This document shows positions 59,780-64,000 of a stretch of 64,000 nucleotides of DNA, in pieces. The notes under the pieces were generated by a model, which saw nothing but the letters and a program-made list of their open reading frames with translations, ran no database searches and had not been told where the DNA came from. The position numbers and the translations under genes are program-made. Numbering within the stretch: position 1 is the first letter of the stretch; each line of letters starts with the position of its first letter. Source of the DNA: Candidatus Australimonas brisbanensis (GTDB lineage: Bacteria > Chloroflexota > Dehalococcoidia > Lucifugimonadales > Australimonadaceae); NCBI GenBank assembly GCA_038147155.1, contig JAYQTA010000003.1, positions 90,838 through 154,837 of the forward strand, written 5' to 3'.

Positions 59780-60405
59780 CCCTCCGCCTCACCGGTGGGA
59801 CGCGGTAAGGCCCCCTGGAGTTCCGGCGCATCGCGCAGCAGGTCGCGCAGGCGGGCGCGCGCCCGGAACAGGCGCGACTTCACCGTGCCCAGCGCCACCC
59901 CCGCCACCGCCGCAGCCTCTTGGTAGTCCAGCCCCTCCAGGTCCACCAGCCCCACCAGCAGGCGCTGGTCGACGGGCAGCCGGGCCACGGCGGCGTGCAC
60001 GATGCGCGCCGTCTCCGCCTGCTCCGCCGCCCGCTCCGGCAGCGGGTCAGCCGAGGCCCACGTCCCGCCGGGGTCCGTCCCCTCCAGGTGGCGCTCCAGC
60101 GAGGTGGTGCGACTGCGGGCCGGGGAGCGCAGCGCATCTCGCGCACCGTTGGCCACGATGGTCAGCACCCACGAGCGCACGCTCCCGCCCCGGAAGCGCG
60201 CCAGCGCCCGGTAGGCCGAGAAGAACGCCTCCTGCGTCACGTCCTCCGCCGCGGCCGGGTCGCGCAGCATCCGCAGCGCCAGCCCGTAGGCCGCGTCCTG
60301 GTGGCGCTCCACCAACGCGTTGAACGATGCCAGGTTGCCCCCCTGGGCCTGGCGCATCCACTCCAGCTCCTGCTGGGCTCGTTCGGCGGGATACGTGCAG
60401 CTCAC
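59776..60405 (-). CDS. ECF-type RNA polymerase sigma factor
   Basis: Region 2 (AEDVTQEAFFSAYRAL) and region 4 (LDYQEAAAVAGVALGTVKSRLFRAR) signatures. Confidence 0.88.
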   Translation of the reverse strand: MSCTYPAERAQQELEWMRQAQGGNLASFNALVERHQDAAYGLALRMLRDPAAAEDVTQEAFFSAYRALARFRGGSVRSWVLTIVANGARDALRSPARSRTTSLERHLEGTDPGGTWASADPLPERAAEQAETARIVHAAVARLPVDQRLLVGLVDLEGLDYQEAAAVAGVALGTVKSRLFRARARLRDLLRDAPELQGALPRPTGEAEG

Positions 60406-60465
60406 GCCGCCATCCTACCCAGCGCGGCCCGCCGCCTGATAGTGGCCGGGCGCGCGCGCTCCCCT

Positions 60466-60474
60466 TGGTATACT
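60466..60474 (+). promoter_or_regulatory. candidate extended -10 promoter (TGGTATACT) for lepB
   Basis: TGG then TATACT at 60469..60474, 22 nt upstream of ATG 60496, with GAGG in between. Confidence 0.35.
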
Positions 60475-60495
60475 GGATGCGAGGCGCACCCACCC

Positions 60496-61086
60496 ATGAA
60501 CACCGCCACCCGCGAAGCCATCGAGACCATCGCCCTCGCGGTGTTCCTCATCCTGCTGCTCCAGGTCACCATCCAGAACTTCCGGGTGGAGGGCCCCAGC
60601 ATGGACCCGCGCCTCATCAATAACGACCGCGTCCTGGTGGCCAAGGCCTCCTACCTGGAGGTGGACGCCGCGCGCCTCGCCCAGTGGATACCCGGCCTCA
60701 GCGCCCAGGAGGGCGAGACGTGGTACCCCTTCGGCTCACCGCAGCGGGGCGACGTCATCGTCTTCCGCTGGCCGCGGGACCCCTCGCAGAACTTCGTCAA
60801 GCGCATCATCGGCATCCCCGGTGATACCGTGCAGATCAACCGGGGCACCGTCATCGTCAACGGGGATCCCGTGGACGAGCCGTATATCCTGCACGAGTCC
60901 AACGAGACCCTCGGCCCCCGCGTCATCGGCGAGGGCGAGTACTACGTCCTGGGCGACAACCGCCTCCAGTCGGACGACTCGCGGCACTGGGGCATCGTGC
61001 CAGCGGGTAACATCATCGGTAAGGTGTGGTTGGACTACTGGCCCCTGGACCACCTGGCCACCCTCTTCACCCGCCTGGCCCTCTAG
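60496..61086 (+). CDS. lepB: signal peptidase I
   Basis: Start trimmed to MNTATREAIET. GPSMDP (Ser), KRIIGIPGD (Lys) and GDNRLQSDDSRHWG boxes. Confidence 0.9.
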   Translation: MNTATREAIETIALAVFLILLLQVTIQNFRVEGPSMDPRLINNDRVLVAKASYLEVDAARLAQWIPGLSAQEGETWYPFGSPQRGDVIVFRWPRDPSQNFVKRIIGIPGDTVQINRGTVIVNGDPVDEPYILHESNETLGPRVIGEGEYYVLGDNRLQSDDSRHWGIVPAGNIIGKVWLDYWPLDHLATLFTRLAL

Positions 61087-61125
61087 GCCCCGCCCCGCGC
61101 AGCGGCCCCCGGCCCCTGGCCCCCT

Positions 61126-61200
61126 GACCCGGTAGCTCAACGGCAGAGCGTCGGACTTTTAATCCGAGCGTTGTGGGTTCAAATCCCACCCGGGTCACCA
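61126..61200 (+). tRNA. tRNA-Lys (anticodon UUU), CCA encoded
   Basis: Hand-folded cloverleaf: acceptor GACCCGG/CCGGGTC, D stem GCTC/GAGC, anticodon stem TCGGA/TCCGA with loop CTTTTAA, T arm GTGGG-TTCAAAT-CCCAC, discriminator A, CCA. Confidence 0.9.
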
Positions 61201-61800
61201 GGGGGGCTATAGGTATACGAACGACTGCGGCGGGCGAACCCCTAGCGCTTGAATCAGAGTCGGTGACTCATACTGCCTCACATCGCCGATCTGCAGCGCA
61301 TAGCCCTTTTCAAGTCCACTGAAGTACGCGAAAAACCTGTCACGCGAAATGCCGCCGTAGTGCTTGGTCTGCTCCCAAAGCGCCTCGATCGTGGTATGCA
61401 CGTAGCCTGCAAGGTCGAACTCACCAAGCACTAGCTTGATAGGGGCCGATACATAAACGACAACAATGTCAACTTCTCGGGCAAAATAATTCCGCCGGAA
61501 TTCGAACTTCTTTTTGCCGGTGAATATGGCATGAGCGAATTCAGGTCTAATTGACAATAATGCGCGCGTCGGTTTTGGAGAGTTCAATAATGGTGCGAAA
61601 TTGGGCGTCAGTGATTGAGGTGAAGCCTCGTGGTGCAGATTCAACATCTCGTATGACCCCCGCATCAATAAGCATTTTCATATTTGGGCGCTTCGGGAAA
61701 GAATATGAGTAGAGAAACTCAACAATGAATGGACGGAGTCGTGGGTTCCAGTCCCATTGCTCCTTAAGTTCATCGTCTCAAAAGACACTGCGTTGCCCCG
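61201..61800. mobile_element. low-GC islet abutting the tRNA-Lys 3' end (possible integrated-element remnant)
   Basis: Hand counts give 28/60 and 23/60 G+C in 61441..61500 and 61501..61560, against 41/60 in 61861..61920. A degenerate T-arm-like repeat lies at 61738..61757 in the same orientation as the tRNA. No integrase is present. Confidence 0.4.
61207..61668 (-). CDS. ASCH (PUA-like fold) domain protein
   Basis: ALLSIRPEFAHAIFTGKKKFEFRR resembles the ASCH N-terminal core. AT-rich codon usage is unlike the host. The true start may be the internal TTG at 61557. Confidence 0.6.
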   Translation of the reverse strand: MMRGSYEMLNLHHEASPQSLTPNFAPLLNSPKPTRALLSIRPEFAHAIFTGKKKFEFRRNYFAREVDIVVVYVSAPIKLVLGEFDLAGYVHTTIEALWEQTKHYGGISRDRFFAYFSGLEKGYALQIGDVRQYESPTLIQALGVRPPQSFVYL

Positions 61801-61802
61801 GC

Positions 61803-62306
61803 CTACCAGGGGCTCTCGGCATCCTCCAGGTAGGCGTCGCGCACGTCCGCCCCGCGCAGGTTCACGTCGATGAGCCGCACCTGACGCAGCCACGCGCCCA
61901 CCAGGCACGCCCCTTCAAGCCACGCCCCGGCCAGCCGGGCGCGGGTGAGGTTGGCCCCACGCAGGTTGGCCCCACGCAGGTCGGCCCCGCGCAGGTCGGC
62001 CCCGGTGAGCACCGCCTCCTCCAGGCGCGCCCCGCGCAGGTTGGCGTTGCGCGCCCGCGCGCCCAGCATGTCCGCGCCACCCAGGTTGGCCCCGGCCAGG
62101 TTGGCCCCGCGCAGGTCGATATCCTCCAGACGGGCGCGGAACAGCCGCGCAGCCGCCAGGTTGGCACCGGACAGCTTCACCCCGCGCAGGTCGACACCCG
62201 GCAGGTAGGTGAGCGAGAGGTCGGCGCACAGGCCGCCCGGCTCACCACGCAGCCACGCCTGGTGGGCATCGACGATGGCAGCCAACTGCTTGGGGGTGTA
62301 GTCCAC
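61803..62306 (-). CDS. pentapeptide-repeat protein
   Basis: About 25 consecutive A(D/N)LxG-type pentapeptides (ANLRGANLTRARLAGAWLEGACL...). Confidence 0.85.
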   Translation of the reverse strand: MDYTPKQLAAIVDAHQAWLRGEPGGLCADLSLTYLPGVDLRGVKLSGANLAAARLFRARLEDIDLRGANLAGANLGGADMLGARARNANLRGARLEEAVLTGADLRGADLRGANLRGANLTRARLAGAWLEGACLVGAWLRQVRLIDVNLRGADVRDAYLEDAESPW

Positions 62307-62385
62307 ACGCCCAGGATACGCATCGGTTCGCGCGGGTTCGATGGCTTCCGCGTGCGCCTGCGGGCCTAGCGGATGCCAAGCCCGC

Positions 62386-62709
62386 CTAGCGGATATCAGA
62401 GAACGCCGTGCCCACCCAGATGCGGTTGTTGATACGGGCCACCAGCGGGCCGTTCTCCTCGGACTTGGCGAAGGCCTCGATGCGCTCCGGGTCCTTGCGG
62501 AACTCCTCCCACTTGGCCAGGCGCTCGGCGTCGTTCTCCCAGGCCAGCATGTAGTGGAGCAGGGTGTTGTCGCCGATGGACTCGGTCCAGTAGCCCACGG
62601 GCCGGAAGCCGTACTTGCGGAACAGCCGGTCGGTGGTGTTGGCGAAGCGGGCGACGATGTCGCGTATGCGGCCGGGCATGGCCTCGTAGGTGCGCATCTC
62701 GTAGATCAT
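62386..62709 (-). CDS. NIPSNAP-family protein
   Basis: MIYEMRTYEAMPGR...WENDAERLAKWEEF pattern, 107 aa. Confidence 0.78.
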   Translation of the reverse strand: MIYEMRTYEAMPGRIRDIVARFANTTDRLFRKYGFRPVGYWTESIGDNTLLHYMLAWENDAERLAKWEEFRKDPERIEAFAKSEENGPLVARINNRIWVGTAFSDIR

Positions 62710-62741
62710 GGGGGCTCCTTGGGGGGCTGGGTGCAGGGTAG

Positions 62742-62747
62742 TCTATA
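62742..62747 (-). promoter_or_regulatory. candidate -10 box (TATAGA) for the NIPSNAP gene
   Basis: The reverse strand reads TATAGA 33 nt upstream of ATG 62709 and 8 nt from the repeat end. Confidence 0.25.
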
Positions 62748-62755
62748 CGGCCACG

Positions 62756-62974
62756 TTCCCCGCTCGCTGCGCTCGCTCGTCTGAAGGGGGACACCCCCTT
62801 GGGCGCTGCGCGCCGAACCCCCGGCGGAGGGAGTTACACTCCCACACTGCACCCCCCTAGCCCGGACAACCGTTGCTGGTAAGCATGCTTGGGGCTGCGC
62901 CCCACTCCAAACACCGCACTACGCGTGCTCGCCACGCGCCGGCTGCCATGAGCGAGCGCCACGCGAGCGGGGCC
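62756..62974. repeat. shorter variant of the MITE/REP-like repeat (inverted orientation)
   Basis: Starts TTCCCCGCTCGCTGCGCTCGCTCG and ends GAGCGAGCGCCACGCGAGCGGGG. The interior is collinear with the reverse complement of 26505..26707. Confidence 0.8.
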
Positions 62975-63032
62975 GCATGTATCCTGGGCGCACCGGGCGC
63001 ATCCCATACCTGTCCGGTGCATGAGGTGTGCT

Positions 63033-63329
63033 ATGGCGGCCTACTGTCTGGTGGACGTGCGCGAGGTGATGGACCCGGCCGGTTGGGCGGACTATCGCTC
63101 TAAGGTGGGGGCGACGGTGGCGGCTCACGGCGGGCGCACCATCGTGGTGGATGCCAACCCCCAGGTCATCGAGGGCGACTGGCGACCGCGCCAGATCATC
63201 CACCTAGAGTTCCCGAGCCGCGAGGCGATGCAGACCTGGTGGGACAGCCCGCAGTACCGGGCCATCGTCCCCATCCGCACGGCATCGGCCAGGGTGGACG
63301 TGGTGTTCGCCAACGGCGTGCAGGCCTAG
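63033..63329 (+). CDS. DUF1330-family protein
   Basis: MAAYCLVDVREVMDPAGWADY...IEFPSREAMQTWWDSPQY-like pattern. An alternative start is at 63021. Confidence 0.72.
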   Translation: MAAYCLVDVREVMDPAGWADYRSKVGATVAAHGGRTIVVDANPQVIEGDWRPRQIIHLEFPSREAMQTWWDSPQYRAIVPIRTASARVDVVFANGVQA

Positions 63330-63360
63330 GGCCAGCCAGGAGAGGGATAGGAGGCAGCCG

Positions 63361-63807
63361 ATGGAAGTGAAGGAACTGGGACACGTGGTGCTGTTCGTGT
63401 CGGACCTGGCACGCTCGCGCCACTTCTACGAGGACATCCTGGGCTGGAAGGTGGGCGCGGACATGTCGCCCCGCGGGGTGATGTTCACCACGGGCCGCAC
63501 GCACCACGAGCTGCTGCTGCTGGCGGTGGGCCACGATGCCCAGCCGATCCCCGCAGGCCGGCGGGTGGGCATGTACCACATCGGCGTGAAGGTGGGCACC
63601 ACGGACGATGAGCTGCGTGAGGCGTTGGAGACGGTGCTGGAGCACCAGGTGCCCATCGTGGGCAGCGCCGACCACACCGTGACCCACTCCCTCTACATCC
63701 AGGACCCGGACGGGAACGAGGTGGAGCTGTACATCGACGTGCAGCCCGAGGTGTGGCGGGAGAACCCTGCCGCCGTGGCCACCCCCACCCGCCCGCTCTA
63801 CCTGTAG
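63361..63807 (+). CDS. VOC-family (glyoxalase / extradiol dioxygenase-like) protein
   Basis: LGHVVLFVSDLARSRHFYEDILG and HSLYIQDPDGNEVELY motifs. Confidence 0.85.
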   Translation: MEVKELGHVVLFVSDLARSRHFYEDILGWKVGADMSPRGVMFTTGRTHHELLLLAVGHDAQPIPAGRRVGMYHIGVKVGTTDDELREALETVLEHQVPIVGSADHTVTHSLYIQDPDGNEVELYIDVQPEVWRENPAAVATPTRPLYL

Positions 63808-63851
63808 CCGTGGCCCGCGTGCCGCTGCCCACGCCCACCAGCCCGCTGGGG

Positions 63852-64000
63852 ATGGCGAACCTGGCGCTGTGCCTGCTGCTGGAGATGGCCGCCCTGGCGG
63901 CCCTTGCCGCAGGCCCGCTGCTGGCGCTCGACGGCCTGGCAGCCTGGGCACTGGCCATCGTCCTGCCTGCGGCGGGCGCGACGGCGTGGGGCACCTTCGG
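63852..64000 (+). CDS. small membrane protein (DUF2568/YrdB-like), partial at right edge
   Basis: MANLALCLLLEMAALAALA...AWGTF resembles DUF2568. Truncated by the window end. Start is uncertain (a GTG at 63810 is in frame). Confidence 0.35.
   Translation, partial: MANLALCLLLEMAALAALAAGPLLALDGLAAWALAIVLPAAGATAWGTF

Noticed and set aside
61087-62400. Intact prophage, integrative element or defence island at tRNA-Lys
   Set aside because: There are no integrase, recombinase, phage or known defence-gene signatures. The low-GC segment is only about 600 bp with one small gene, so at most it is a remnant.

Overview
The window is a gene-dense, very GC-rich (about 70%) bacterial chromosomal segment. 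I call about 55 protein genes, one tRNA-Lys(UUU), and no rRNA or CRISPR. Many long ORFs in the track are antisense shadow ORFs rich in Arg, Pro, Gly and Ala. They lie opposite recognisable genes, so I ignored them.

Housekeeping genes identified from motifs:
- Translation and RNA processing: pth, trpS, glyQS, cca, rnc.
- DNA repair: ligA, mutS, sbcD.
- Secretion: ftsY, lepB.
- Metabolism: serA with a class-V aminotransferase, and a split B12 acyl-CoA mutase.
- Redox: a NuoE/F/G-like module followed by an FNR-like reductase.
- Regulation: an ECF sigma/anti-sigma pair.
- Transport: seven MFS genes, four of them paralogs with an R-x-YYGW N-terminus.
- Envelope: a four-gene operon (DUF2298 'YYY' protein, GT-C-like protein, UPF0104 flippase-like protein, FAD oxidoreductase). 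I recall it as typical of Chloroflexota and Archaea, so a Thermomicrobia/Chloroflexota-like host is a low-confidence inference.

Observations most worth a second look:
1. Two genes are cut short in the ORF track by in-frame TGA codons that sit at the catalytic-Cys position. One is a rhodanese (57729..57731) and one is a DsbA-like protein (24811..24813). Each has a GC hairpin whose apical loop lies about 20 nt downstream, so both are candidate selenoproteins.
2. A modular, hairpin-rich, MITE/REP-like repeat family occupies six intergenic loci in both orientations. It has imperfect terminal inverted repeats and compensatory stem changes between copies.
3. A seven-blade FG-GAP-type repeat block is inserted in the DUF2298 membrane protein.
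4. A roughly 600-bp low-GC islet abuts the 3' end of tRNA-Lys. It carries an ASCH-like gene and a degenerate tRNA T-arm repeat at its far end.
5. The formate-dehydrogenase-like subunit of the NuoEFG-like module lacks the catalytic Cys/Sec, and the NuoE-like subunit carries a histone-H1-like Lys/Ala/Pro tail.
6. An uncharacterised 640-aa protein is translationally coupled between ligA and pth.

I found no canonical defence system, prophage, integrase or CRISPR array. All family names come from motif recognition by eye; no database search was possible.
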